64,000 nt of DNA from assembly GCF_009834535.1 (NCBI RefSeq), contig NC_045697.1, positions 69,194,001-69,258,000 on the forward strand, given 5' to 3'. Position numbers and translations under genes: made by a program. How positions within the stretch are numbered: position 1 is the stretch's first letter; every line of letters starts with the position of its first letter. Under the pieces are notes generated by a model. The model did no database searches and had not been told where the DNA came from. It was given only the letters and a program-made list of their open reading frames with translations. This DNA is from Camelus ferus. Taxonomy: Eukaryota. Positions 1-13,135 of this stretch are shown here, in pieces.

Positions 1-2811
1 AAATTGGGATGACACCCACATGAAAGTGCTGTGAGGATGATTCGATGAGATCACATAGACAGAGCGCTCAGCTGCCGCCGGACACAGTGAGCACTCAGTC
101 AGTGGAGGGTGCTGTTGTTCTCCACCACTACCAGCATCTGTGTCAGGCATCTTCCGTGTGCCACGCTCTGACCCAGCAAGCCACGGATACTCAGAAATTA
201 AATGATATCTGGATGGTAGATGATGCCCCAAACTCATAAAGTTGGATGAAATCCATTCTCTTGTCAGGGTTCAGCCTGGTATGTGTCTGGTATGTGGTAA
301 ATCACCTGTAAATTTTTGTTGAGGAAAGGAAGAAATGAATGAAAAAATGAACTGTTTTAAAGATCACAGTGGTGGGAACTCAGGCCAACAGTTCAGCAGC
401 TGATTTAGTATCCAAGTTAGATACCTTTTATTTTTTATAATCTCATTTTTGAAGTGACCCTTTTGACCATTTCACTTGTTTACAACTGATTGTATGTGAG
501 ACGAACGACAGTTTAGAACTAAAAATCCACGAGCTATTTTCATTTATTTATGGAACAAATTAAAAGAAGATGGCAAGAGAAAAAGCTTAAAAATAAGGGT
601 ATTCCTTGACTTGTGTAAATCTCCTTCATACAAATAATTGACTTCACCATAATAGCTATTCCAGCTGACTGGCCACAGGAATGTTCCTCCCCATCAGAAG
701 TTATCTCTTGGCGTCTTTCCGTGGAGCAAAGCAGCTGTTCATTAGGGCTTTCCTATTACTTATTTCACTCAGAGTAGCCTAAAGGTTTGTACTTTTTTAC
801 TGACAGCAGTATATTCTATTAACTGTATTACAATAGGAGTCGTGTTTTGGCATCTGATTTGGAACCCTAAGATAAATTTCTGTTACATGTGGTAGTTAGG
901 CCAGTGAGTCCAATGAAGAGTTGATTAATTCATAAAATCAGTTCAGTATCAACTAACAATTATATAACCAAACCATTAGTGGACACAAAAATGTGTCCAT
1001 AGCTAGATGCATCCCAGCATCTTAAACAACCATGTCTTAGAACCAAAACTATTCAAATGCTATAATATTAAATTGAGATCTGAGGGTTTTGAGATTTTTT
1101 TGTGAGTTTCATTTATCACAGGTTTCCCTTTGCCTCATCTAATCTCTTATTTTCTCCCCGTCAAAAACTTTTAAGTACCCATTAAGCATCTATCAACTAT
1201 GTAAGGTTTTTGAAAAAAACATGAGAAATACTAGATGGTACCTTTGTAGGGATGTGGGTGTTGGTATGAGTATGTGTAATAAAAAAATAATTGGAAATAA
1301 TATAGGGTTTCAAATTTATAGTTGCATTATAACTTTTTTACAATTCAGTACCAAATAGACTGTTTTTTTCCTTTACATATCTTTACTACAATTGAGATTA
1401 TACTGCTGCTAAGAGGCAATTGGAACTTTGATTCATAGGCTTCAATGAAAAGAATACAACGTATGTTCTTTGTGTGACCTCTGGATTAGAATTATTAAAT
1501 TATTTTTAAATTTAACAAACATGAAAGGAATCAGCGATTCCTTTCAAGCAGCAGTTCTCAAAATATGTTTCATCAAATAATAACTCCAAGAAATGTTCAA
1601 CAAAGAAAAAGGATTTTATGGTCAGGTTAGTTAGGGAAATAGCTCATTCCCTTAACTTGCCTTTGGAATTCTTCTTTTAATTTGTTCACTGATTCACAAA
1701 CTGTTTCACTGTGGGTCTTTTTTGCAAGAGACACCTATTAACATTCCACTGGAAATACTTTGGAAAATGCTATGGAATAAGCTTTTAAAAAGTAATTAAA
1801 CATTAGGTAAAATTTGTTGCATTCCTGTAGATTCTTAACCAACTGTTGTGAATCATGGCTCTCTCCTTGTGTTGTTCTTAAACTTTGAAGATTCTACTCC
1901 TTTTAAAGTCACCCTGATATCTGTCTTAGAGTACAGCACTCTAGAAGTTTGCACTGATTCACAGTTTCACCCTGGCTTAGGCATCTTGGCCATATAGAAT
2001 GTATTCCTTGCTTATGCCAATAGGTAAACTCACATCTTGCCTTGAAAGCATGTCCTCAGCTAGGGCTCCTAAGCAGCTAGCTTGAGAAACATAGTTTGCC
2101 TCTACACCATGAATATAAAAATTCCCTCCTGTCAAAGCAGGGTACTTTTCCTTAACCTTTAAGAGTAAAACATTCTTCATCAGTTATCAAGCTAAAAATA
2201 CTTAAACAAATGTATTTAGTCATTTGCTTATTCGTCCAACAAATATTTATTTAAACCCTGGACTGAGAGCTTTGATGATAGATTGTTGAGAAAGAAAGGT
2301 TTTGATAGGTGATTCGGGAGCTACATGAGCCTATAATCTTATAAATTATCCCAAATTCAAGCCTATCTCAAAACATTCCATTGTAACTGATGTTTTCAAC
2401 AAAGTCTTTAGCTGGATTTATCTCAACAATTAAGAGCAAATTGACCATAAATGATAAATATGTGAGACTGTTAACATAGATAATTTGCCTTGGTTATATA
2501 TGTACTGAAATTTAGCCTTCTATAGAAAAACTTCTTGAAAAATAGGATTATGAAATAAAATATATTTACTTATTATAAATGAAATGGTTTCAGAGAGGTT
2601 AAAATAATCTCTGGATTAATTTTGGAAGTGTATTGGTTAAAGTTATTTGTAATTCTCCAGATGAATCTTCTTGTTCTATGGAGTGGTGCTATTTTTTGTC
2701 TTGAAGTTAAAAGCATAACTTTAAAATACATTCATAGAGCCTCTTGAAATCACATTAAATGACTGCCTCTGCTTGGCACTATAATGAATTCAGTACATAT
2801 ACTTTTGCATA

Positions 2812-2965
2812 GACCACAAATGGTTAAAAATGAGGACCTGGTGGTCAGACTGTCTGGATTTGAATCTTGGCTTTTCACTATTTAATCACTGTCTGACTTG
2901 AGGCAAATTATATAACAATCTGAACTTCAGTTTCCTCATCTATAAACTGGAGATACTATCTAGGG
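2812..2965 (+). mobile_element. MIR SINE
   Basis: gtcagactgtctggatttgaatcttggc...gacttgaggcaaatta...cttcagtttcctcatctataaa. Confidence 0.7.
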
Positions 2966-3513
2966 TGAAAATGAGCTGTTGTCTGTAAGCTACCCAGTAC
3001 AGTGTCCTGGGTGTAGGTGTTGCTCCATAAAGGGTAGCTACCAATAGTAATAATCCTCTTTTGTCATATGTCACAAGTACAAGGCTGCATTTATTTTTTA
3101 TCCTCCATTCTATCAGGCAGAGTGACACCATAAGCTACTCAGTAAGCATTTACTGAAGTAGGAGGAGCGGGGGCAGACATTTTAAAGGGAAATACTCAGG
3201 TATCTCTTTCAGAAAAGTGAGGTGGGAAAAAGCTATGCTTGGATTGAAGGGTAGTAGTGGTATTCACTTCTGATGTACAGATTTTCTTCATTTATTCCTT
3301 TCCCTTCTTTCTAGTACAGTGGACTTTTTAGGGTGAATCACAAACGGGAGGATGAAATGATAGTCCAGGAACCTTCCTAGGTGACTGCATATGTATCTTG
3401 TGAATCTTTTGTGGTCTTCTTGACTCAAAAATCTTTGTGATTTTTATAAAATTCTTTACTAATTTTAAGAATTATTTATCAGTTTCAAATAAGCTGCCTC
3501 TGAGTACGCAGTA

Positions 3514-3862
3514 TATAGCTGTCCCTTGGTATCTGAGAGGAACTGGTTCCTAGACACACCTTCAGGTACCAAAATCTGTGGATGCTCAAGTCCTTTATAT
3601 GTGCACATCCTCCCATATACTTTGTCATCTCTAAATTACCTAATACAATGTAAATACGATGTAAATAGTTGTAAATACGATGTAAATATTTGTAAATACA
3701 ATGTAAATACTAAATAGTTGCCAGCACACAACAAATTCAGGTTTTGCTTTTTGGAATTTTATGGGAGTTATCTTTTCCCCAAACATTTTTGGTACGTGGT
3801 TGGCTGAATCCATGGATTCAGAACCGCAGATACAGAACCCACAGATACGGAGGGTTGCCTGG
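3514..3862. mobile_element. MER2-like TcMar-Tigger element
   Basis: gctgtcccttggtatc...taccaaaatctgtggatgctcaagtcc...gatacggagggttgcctg, with degenerate TIRs. Left arm is similar to the 21294 element. Confidence 0.75.
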
Positions 3863-4679
3863 ATTGGGAGGCTTCCTTTTCACTAAGAAAGGCTTTGAAA
3901 CATGGTTTCTCACTTTCTAGAAGAAGTGGGTGGGAAAAGACATTAGACGCTATAACACAGCCACCAAAAAACTCAGTACTTGGACTCTATTGATTTAGAA
4001 TGTTTAATCACTAAACAAGTCTGGGCTCAAAACAAAGATACTGTCTATAAATAGTTTTCTTAAAAATTTACATAAGGTAGAAGGAGAAAAGAACTCCTTT
4101 TTCAAATATTTTAACAAATTAATTTGAAAAATATTTCTAATTACAGTTAGTTTTGTATCATTGAAGCTAACTGGGACAGGCTACTTAAAATATTCCAGTG
4201 GTTACTTCAGGTTACTAAAAATAGTGAAAAGTAATAAAGTTACTTTTAAAATATTCTATAATTGAGAGTTTCTACTAAATCATATTTAGCCCAAGAGTTT
4301 TAAGGCAACAACGAGTACTAGATGAAGTGAGATGAAGACAAAACTGAGTACTAGAAAAAAAGTGATCATTTAAAAAAAATCTAGCCTTTGTGCTTTTCAT
4401 GTAGTAACATTGTAATTTTAACAAAACCCTATGAGATATACACTTACATTATCTCATTATTATAGGTGAATTCTTTGAGAGGCAGAGAGCTTCAGTAATT
4501 TGCTCAAAGTGGTGGTGCTGGGATTTTTTGAGTCTGGAGCCCAGTGCTCCCTTTGCAATTGGAGAGGGCAGAACCGTAGGCACCATGAAAAATGAGGAAG
4601 ACAGAATTTTAAGTTCTGCTCAAGTCCCTTTGTATGTAATCTAGTTTTGTCAGATCCAACAATGGTTTTTAAAAGCTAC

Positions 4680-4680
<1 letters not shown>

Positions 4681-4738
<58 letters not shown>

Positions 4739-4739
4739 G

Positions 4740-4772
<33 letters not shown>

Positions 4773-4782
4773 TAAATAAATA
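4681..4782. repeat. (TAAG)n microsatellite ending in (TAAA)n
   Basis: About 22 TAAG units with one TAGG variant, read directly. Confidence 0.98.
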
Positions 4783-5198
4783 GCTTCACCTAGTGCATCT
4801 GGAGAACACCTACCTGGTGTTATATTACAAATGTGAAAAAGAAAAGAACTTTTTAAATTATTTCAAGACTTAGTCTCTTGTTGATCTTGTGGGTAAGTCA
4901 ACATTTGGGGCAATGTCACTTTATTTCTTTGACTTTGGAAGCTTCTGGGACTCTGTTCCTTGATATGAACTGCGGTGGTCTTTTTCACCTAGGTAATTTA
5001 AAAGTTGTCACCTTTTGATGGATTTATTTAAAGCTAAAAGCTTTTTCCTTTTCTTCTGTGAAGAAAAAAATTATGGCTAAATGTAATGATTCATAGGGGA
5101 CACTGTCAGAAAACCACTCAACAGTGAATTGACTGATTGTAATGCAGTTTCTTTATGTTTTAAAATTAAAGTTTATTATTCTGTGATATTTATTGTAG

Positions 5199-5325
5199 GA
5201 TGTAATTAAAACCATTGTACAAAGTGGTGGCGTCAAGCATCTAGTTACCATGGCAACTAGTGAACATGTAATAATGCAGAATGAAGCCCTTGTTGCTTTG
5301 GCACTAATAGCAGCTTTAGAATTGG
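5199..5325 (+). CDS. RAP1GDS1: RAP1GDS1 (SmgGDS) third-to-last coding exon
   Basis: ttgtag|GAT...TTG G|gtaag, 127 nt. Translates DVIKTIVQSGGVKHLVTMATSEHVIMQNEALVALALIAALEL(G), matching the SmgGDS C-terminal ARM region as recalled. Phase 1 joins the next exon. Confidence 0.96.
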
Positions 5326-6984
5326 GTAAGTACCCCAGTGACAGACTTGTTTTTTCCTATTTTTATTTTGGATGAAAGGAAGCACAGGAGTGGAACAGAG
5401 GTCAGACAGAACCTTGACTGTACACATTTTGCCAGTGTGTCTGTACCCATATCTGAGTATATGGAAAATCATATTCTACAGAGCATCACCACAGCTGTCC
5501 CTTTTGGTGGTTCTTTAGGTAATATTTTTAGGGCAGTACTTTAAGGTTAGTTTGACTCCTTTTTTTTTTAAGGTTAGTTTGACACTCTTAAATGTTATCT
5601 CAAATTATAGGCACTTAGGAAATACAGAAAACATTTTCAGAAGGCCTCATGGAGAAATAAAAAAATACATAGAATACAAAATCAAGTTTAGAGTTTGCTG
5701 CCCTTCCAGACACCCAGACCTTCGCTGCCGTATCTACTACTCATTCTTTCTTTTGCTCATATCCTCCTCCCTGTCACTGTGGTTTCTGTTGCTTCATAGC
5801 ATTGCCTTCATTCTAAATTCTCACCTTCTATGTCACTCTTCTGTATACTTTACATTCAGAATTCCCCCAAAGCAAAGTCTGAATGATTCAGTCCTTTTCT
5901 CTCTATCAGTAGCATCTCTGTTGGTCAGAATTCTTCAGGATAAGCTAGCTTATAGGCATCTTAGCTTATGGGTAGGAACTTTGTCTCAGGAACCAACCTC
6001 TGATACAGTCAGCTGGGGACAATCAGAGTCCCATAGCCTGTGGAAAGGCCTCAGGCTGCCTTACACAGAAGAGGACTATAGACTTAGGCGTGTCCTATTC
6101 AGTTCAGAGCCATTTGGGTAAATACTGCTAACTGATCACCTCAATTCCCATTGGTGATTTATGTGCATAATCTTCGCACTGGGGCAAGTGGACCCACCAA
6201 CTCTTATCCCCAGGAGCCAAAAGATAAACAAGGTATATTTTCCTCCACTGTCAGATTTACTCTGTCACTCTCAGATTTCAGGTATGAGAGATATGAATTT
6301 TTGTCCTCTTAAAGGGTTATAAATTTTTAAACAACTTACACTTTTAAAAAAATAAGTAGGATTTAAAATTTTCTTGAATTTTAAAGATAAAAGACTTCAA
6401 GAAAATGTATGTGACTTTGGTCACTGATTTAGGTTAGAGATGCTGCAGAGGTCAGTCCGAGTCCTGGCCTACTCGGTGATTTATCCCATGGTTTGGGGAG
6501 ATTATGGATGTCGGTCCTGAAGTCCAGACACCTTTAAGTGGGGGGAGCTGTGATGAAGAGGTGAGAGTTGGTGAGAACATTGAATACCAAATTGGGTTCA
6601 GGGCTTGATTTTTTTAAATGGCTTAAAGTGATAGAGCAATTTCAGAACATCCTTGGCCTCCCATCCTAGGGGAAATCTGGTTTTATGCCCTTCATAACTA
6701 GTGTCTCCTAAACAGGCTTCCTGATAGCTGAGTATTTGCCTGGGTCTGGTCACCTTACCATGGAACTGACAATACATAATCACATTTGTTGTTGTTACCT
6801 CATGTTTCCTAGGCTCCTTGAGCCTAAGATTTAAAAATAAGGCCATACTACCTTTTTAATGTATAGTGCACTTTGAAAATCATACTTCTCCAACTTGCAT
6901 CCTTACCAGCTGTTGGATATGATTAAGGAATTATAAATTTTGTGTATGATGAAAATATTAGAGCAGTATTTTGAGTCCTTATAT

Positions 6985-8440
6985 ATTTTTATTAATTGTA
7001 GATTCACATACAGTTATAAAAAATAATATAGAAAGATCCTTTATACACTCTGCCCAGCTTTTCCCAATGGTAATATTTTACAAAACATATGTGTAACATC
7101 TCAACCACTAATACAATTTACCTATCTTATTCAGACAGACTTGCCGAGTTATACTTGTACTCATTTGTGTTTAAAAGTTCATAGTTTTATCACCCGTGGA
7201 GGTATATCTGAATAGTTCTAATACCACAAGGATCCTCCACTTACAACCACACTCATCCACCTCCCCCTTCCTTGTTTCTAATCCCTGGAAACTACCAATC
7301 TATCCTTCATTTCTAAAATGTTTTCATTTCAAAAATATTATACAGTATTTGACCTTTTTGAATTGGCTTCTTTTCCTCAGAATAATTTCCTAAAGAGTTA
7401 CTGATTTGTTTTATGTATCAATTGTTCACTCCTCCTTTCTGAATAGTATTTTGTGATATGTATGTACTGCAGTTTGTTTAACCTTCCACTTATTGAAGGA
7501 CATCTGGGCTGATTCCACTTTGGGACTTAAAAATAAAGCTGCAGTGAACATTCATGTATAGGATTTTGTGTAAACATAAATTTTCATTTCTCTAAAGAAT
7601 GCCTAGGAGTTACAAGATAACTTCTCGATGGTATGGTAACTGCATGTTTGATCTTTTAAGAAACTGACAAACTGTTTTACAGAACGGCTGTAGCATTTTT
7701 CATTCCCACCAGTGCTGTATAAGTGATCTCGTTTTCTCTGTATCTTCACCAATATTTAGTATTGTCACTATTTTTTAAAATTTTAGCCATTCTCATAGCT
7801 ATGTAGTGATACCTCGTTTTAATTTCCATTTTTCTAATGGCTAATGATGTTGAACATTTTTTCATATACTTATTTGCCATCTGTATATATTCCTTGGTGA
7901 ATGCCTATTTATGTCTTTTGCCCATTTTCCATTTTTTTTTAACTATTGAGTTTTGAGAATTCTAAAAGGCTTATAGTCTTATATTTTACATTTAAGTCTG
8001 TGATCCTTTTTGAGTTAATATCTATATAAGATGTGAGGTTTAGGTCAGGCATCGTTTTTTTGTGTTTTGTCTATGGTTATATAATTGCTCCAGCACCATT
8101 TGTTGAAAAGGCTGTCTTTCCTCCACTGATCTGATGTTATACCTCTGTCTAAAGTCTGTAGAGCACATTTGTGTGGGTCTGTTTGTCGGGTCTTCTTTCA
8201 GTTCCTTTGACCTATGAGCCTACCTGTCTCTCCACCTGTTTGGCACCGTCTTGTTAACTGTAGCTGTCCAGTGAGCCTTCATACCTTGTAGAGGAATTCC
8301 TCCCACTTTATTCTTCTTTATCAAGATCTTTTTTTTTTTTTTTTTACCTTTTCCAGGGCCAGTGGCTTTCCATATAAATTGTAGTACATGCCTGTTTTCT
8401 ATAGAAAATCCTATTGGGATTTTGATGGGAATTGCAGAGA
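6985..8440 (-). mobile_element. Old L1 (L1M-type) 3' fragment
   Basis: Degenerate antisense L1 phrases, e.g. cattcccaccag, gatgttgaacattttttcat, ccagcaccatttgttgaaaagg. Confidence 0.85.
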
Positions 8441-8913
8441 CCTTATCTCAAAGATACATACTAAAATACACATGGGGGAAATTATGTGATTTGTAGGATT
8501 TGCTCCAAAATAATTTGGGATGGGTGAGAGTAGATGGATAAGACTAGAGACAGAGGAAACAAGATTGGCCATGATAATTTTTGAAGATGGTGACAAAGTG
8601 TATCATATCATCTTCTTCTTCTTTTGTATGTTTAACAGTTTTCGTAATAGAGGTTAATTGCCTCATATTTAAAGGAATATTTTAATATTGAATTTTAAGC
8701 CCAATCTCCTGAAATGTCTATTGAAATTTAGATCTATCTACCCTTTTAACAAGGCCTGAATTTAATACTCTTTATCTACGTCATTATTATTATCAGTCCC
8801 TTTTGGAAGGTTTCACATGGTCAGCTTCTAGAAAGGGAAGCAGTATTTAGCCAGATTGTATCAGGTTCATACACAGTGAATGTAACTGATACTTTAATTG
8901 TTTCATGTTCCAG

Positions 8914-9042
8914 GCACTGCTGAGAAGGATCTAGAAAGTGCCAAACTTGTACAGATTTTACACAGACTGCTAGCAGATGAGAGAAGTGCTCCTGAAATCA
9001 AATACAATTCCATGGTCCTGATCTGTGCTCTCATGGGGTCTG
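8914..9042 (+). CDS. RAP1GDS1: RAP1GDS1 penultimate coding exon
   Basis: ttccag|GC ACT...TCT G|gtaag, 129 nt. Translates (G)TAEKDLESAKLVQILHRLLADERSAPEIKYNSMVLICALMGS, which lies within ORF 8898..9104. Confidence 0.97.
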
Positions 9043-9199
9043 GTAAGTATTTCTTCTGTCATTTGATATTCATCAACGTACAGTTGACATTAAATATAAA
9101 ATAATAATAATGGTTGCTTTGGGTTTAAAAGGCATTAGAAATTAGTTTATGGAAGATACAGGATTCCTTTTATCTTGCAAATATTCGCCAAGGATTTTG

Positions 9200-9312
9200 G
9201 TGGGGGGGAGGGGGTAATTAGGTTTATTTATTTTTAGTGGTGGTCCTGGGGATTGAGCCCAGGCCTCCTGTATGCTAGGCAGGTACTCTTCCACTGAGCT
9301 ATTACCACCCCC
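9200..9312 (-). mobile_element. tRNA-derived SINE (Vic-1-like)
   Basis: Reverse complement reads tagctcagtgg...ctgggctcaatccccag (A and B boxes), with tail aaataaataaacctaattacc. Confidence 0.8.
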
Positions 9313-9469
9313 CAAAAAAGATTCTTAATAATAGAAAGTATTATATAGCAAACAAAAATCAATGTTAAAAAAGTTTACCTTTAAGTTTCATTAACCCTAA
9401 AATATTATTTTATATAAAGAACAAGTTCTGATTTTGTATACCATGATATTAACTAAGGAATTTGTTCAA

Positions 9470-9995
9470 GAACTCATTGGCATATCTTGGTATATGTTCC
9501 GTGGACACTTGAAAAGAACATATATCCTGCTGTTATCAAGTGGTGAGTTCTATAAATGTCAATTAGATCCTTTTGTCTGATACTAATGTTTTCTGTATTC
9601 TTGCTGATTTTCTACTGGTTCTGTCAGTTTTTGAGAGAGGGGTGTTGAAGTCTCCAGCTACAATTGTTGATTTGTCTGTATCTCCCTTCAGTTCTGTCAG
9701 ATTCTTGCTTCATGTTTTGCAGCTCTGTTGATAGGTACATACACCCTTTAGGGTCACTGTGCCCTCCTAGTGGATTGACCTTTCTATCATTATGTAATGT
9801 TCCTCCCTGTCTCTGGTACTTTGCTCTGAAGTCTACATTGTCTGATATTAATTTAGCTACTCCTACTTTCTTTTGAGTAAAATTCACATATCTTTTTCTT
9901 CCCTTTCAGTTTCAGTCTGCTGTATCATTCAATTTGAAGTGTAGGCAGCATATTGTTGGGTCATGTTTTTGACTCCACTCTGTCATCCCTCACCT
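9470..9995 (-). mobile_element. Old L1 fragment (ORF2 endonuclease region)
   Basis: ORF 9624..9887 begins with L1 EN-like QKKVGVAKLISDNVDFRAK. Confidence 0.8.
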
Positions 9996-10171
9996 TTTTT
10001 TTGCTTAACAGTTGTGTGATTTCGTCCACAAAGTTGGTTATCATTATTATTATTACCATTTGTTAGATGAGGAAGCCAAGGCTGTGAAGGAAATAAGCAG
10101 GGACAGTGCAGTGGTGCTGGGTGAGGAGTGATGAACATGAATGGTCCCGTTTGTTAGGGACAGGCATTTTC

Positions 10172-13135
10172 TTTTCTTTCTTTCTTTTTTTTTTTTTTAA
10201 CAATTTTTATTGATTTATAATCATTTTACAATGTTGTTTCAAATTCCAGTGTTCAGCACAATTTTTCAGTCATTCATCAACATATACACACTCAGTGTCA
10301 CATTTTTTCTCGGTGAGTTATAACATTTTGTGTATATTTCCCTGTGATATACAGTGTAATCTTGTTTATCTATTCTACAATTTTGAAATCCCAGTCTATC
10401 CCTTCCCACCCTACACCCCCCCTGGTAACCACAAGTCTGTATTCTCTGTCTGTGAGTCTATTTCTGTCCTGTATTTACTCTTTGTTTTTGTTTGTTTGTT
10501 TGTTTTTGTTTTTGTTTTTTAGATTCCACATATGAGCGATCTCATATGGTATTTTTCTTTCTCTTTCTGGCTTACTTCACTTAGAATGACATTCTCCAGG
10601 AGCATCCATGTTGCTGCAAATGGCATTATGTTGTCGGTTTTTATGGCTGAGTAGTATTCCATTGTATAAATATACCACCTCTTCTTTATCCAGTCTTCTG
10701 TTGATGGACAGTTGGGCTGTCTCCATGTCTTGGCTATTGCAAATAGTGCTGCTATGAACATTGGGGTGCAGGTGTCATCCTGAAGTAGGATTCCTTCTGA
10801 ATATATGCCCAGGAGCGGGATTCCTAGGTCATATGGTAAGTCTATTCCTAGTCTTTTGAGGAATCTCCATACTGTTTTCCACAGTGGCTGCACCAAACTG
10901 CATTCCCACCAGCAGTGTAGGAGGGTTCCCTTTTCTCCACAGCCTCTCCAGCATTTGTCATTTGTGGATTTTTGAATGATGGCCATTCTGACTGGTGTGA
11001 GGTGATACCTCATTGTAGTTTTGATTTGCATTTCTCTGATAATTAGTGATATTGAGCATTTTTTCATGTGCTTTTTGATCATTTGTATGTCTTCCTTGGA
11101 GAATTGCTTGTTTAGGTCTTCTGCCCATTTTGGATTGGGTTGTTTATTTTTTTTTCTTATTGAGTCGTATGAGCTGCTTATATATTCTGGAGATCAAGCC
11201 TTTGTTGGTTTCACTTGCAAAAATTTTCTCCCATTCCGTAGGTTTTCTTCTTGTTTTACTTCTGGTTTCCTTTGCTGTGCAGAAGCTTGTAAGTTTCATT
11301 AGGTCCCATTTGTTTATTCTTGCTTTTATTTCTTCTAGGAGAAAATTTTTGAAATGTATGTCAGATAATGTTTTGCCTATGTTTTCCTCTAGGAGGTTTA
11401 TTGTATCTTGTCTTATGTTTAAGTCTTTAATCCATTTTGAGTTGATTTTTGTATATGGTGTAAGGGAGTGTTCTAGCTTCATTGTTTTACATGCTGCTGT
11501 CCAGTTTTCCCAACACCATTTGCTGAAGAGACTGTCTTTATTCCATTGTATATTCTTGCCTCCTTTGTTGAAGATGAGTTGACCAAAAGTTTGTGGGTTC
11601 ATTTCTGGGCTCTCTATTCTGTTCCATTGGTCTATATGTCTGTTTTGGTACCAATACCATGCTGTCTTGATGACTGTAGCTCTATAGTATTGTCTGAAGT
11701 CTGGGAGAGTTATTCCTCCAGCCTTTCTTTCTCTTCAGTAATGCTTTGGCAATTCTAGGTCTTTGATGGTTCCATATAAATTTTATTATGATTTTTTCTA
11801 GTTCTGTGAAATATGTCCTGGGTAATTGGATAGGGATTGCATTAAATCTGTAGATTGCCTTGGGCAGTGTGACCATTTTAACAATATTGATTCTTCCAAT
11901 CCAAGAGCATGGAATATCTTTCCATTTTTTAAAGTCTTCTTTAATTTCCTTCATCAATGGTTTATAGTTTTCTGTGTATAATTCTTTCACCTCCTTGGTT
12001 AGATTTATTCCCAGATATTTTATTACTTTGGGTGCTATTTTAAAGGGGATTGTTTCTTTACTTTCTTTTTCTGTTGATTTATCATTAGTGTAAAGAAATG
12101 CAACTGATTTTTGAACGTTAATTTTGTAACCTGCTACCTTGCTGAATTCTTCAATCAGCTCTAGTAGCTTTTGTGTGGACCTTTTAGGGTTTTCTATATA
12201 TAGTAACATGTCATCAGCATATAATGACACTTTTACCTCTTCTTTTCCAATTTGGATCCCTTTTATTTCTTTCTCTTGCCTGACTGCTGTGGCTAGGACT
12301 TCCAGGACTATGTTGAATAGGAGTGGTGATAGTGGGCATCCTTGTCTTGTCCCAGATTTTAGTGGGAAGCTTTTGAGTTTTTCACTGTTGAGTACTATGC
12401 TGGCTGTAGGTCTGTCATATATAGCTTTTATTATGTTGAGATATGTTCCCTCTATACCCACTTTGGCGAGAGTTTTTATCATAAATGGGTGTTGAATTTT
12501 ATCAAATTCTTTTTCTGCATCGATTGAGATGATCATGTGGTTTTTGTCCTTTCTCTTGTTGATGTGATGTATTACATTGATTGATTTGCATATGTGGAAC
12601 CAGCCTTGTGTCCCTGGGATGAACCCCACTTGGTCATGATGTATAATCTTTTTTATGTGTTGTTGGATTCTATTTGCTAAAATTTTGGTGAGGATTTTGG
12701 CGTCTATGTTCATCAGTGATATTGGCCTATAATTCTCTTTTTTTGTAGTGTCTTTGCCTGGTTTTGGTATCAGGGTGATGGTGGCTTCATAGAATGAGTT
12801 TGGGAGTATTCCCTCCTTTTCAATCATCTGGAAGAGTTTGAGAAGGACTGGTATGAGTTCTTCTTTGTATGTTTGGTAGAATTCCCCGGTGAAGCCGTCC
12901 GGTCCTGGACTTTTATTTGTAGGGAGGTTTTTAATTGCTATTTCTATTTCCTTTCTAGTGATCGGATTGTTCAAGTGTTCAGATTCTTCTTGATTCAGTT
13001 TTGGTGGACAGTATGTTTCCAGAAACTTGTCCATCTCCTCTAGGTTATCCAGTTTGGTTCCATATAGTTTTTCATAATATTCTCGTATGATATTCTGTAT
13101 TTCTATTTTGTTTGTTGTAATTTCTTCATTTTCCT
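10172..13135 (-). mobile_element. Young 5'-truncated LINE-1 (ORF2 RT to C-terminus, 3' UTR, poly(A) tail) with 15-bp TSD
   Basis: ORFs 11682..13034 (RT with YADD), 11144..11602 and 10519..11082 (Cys-rich C-terminus) are collinear L1 ORF2 pieces. T-tail at 10172-10198. Identical GGGACAGGCATTTTC at 10157-10171 and 13136-13150. Confidence 0.97.

Noticed and set aside
3649..4782. Short repeat arrays as CRISPR-like
   Set aside because: No unique spacers, no cas genes, and a eukaryotic context.
5552..6121. 189-aa ORF in a RAP1GDS1 intron
   Set aside because: Non-ATG start, low-complexity composition, no similarity to SmgGDS.
10519..13034. Reverse transcriptase ORF as a novel or domesticated RT system
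   Set aside because: Ordinary L1 ORF2: 5'-truncated, lacking promoter, ORF1 and endonuclease, and frameshifted.
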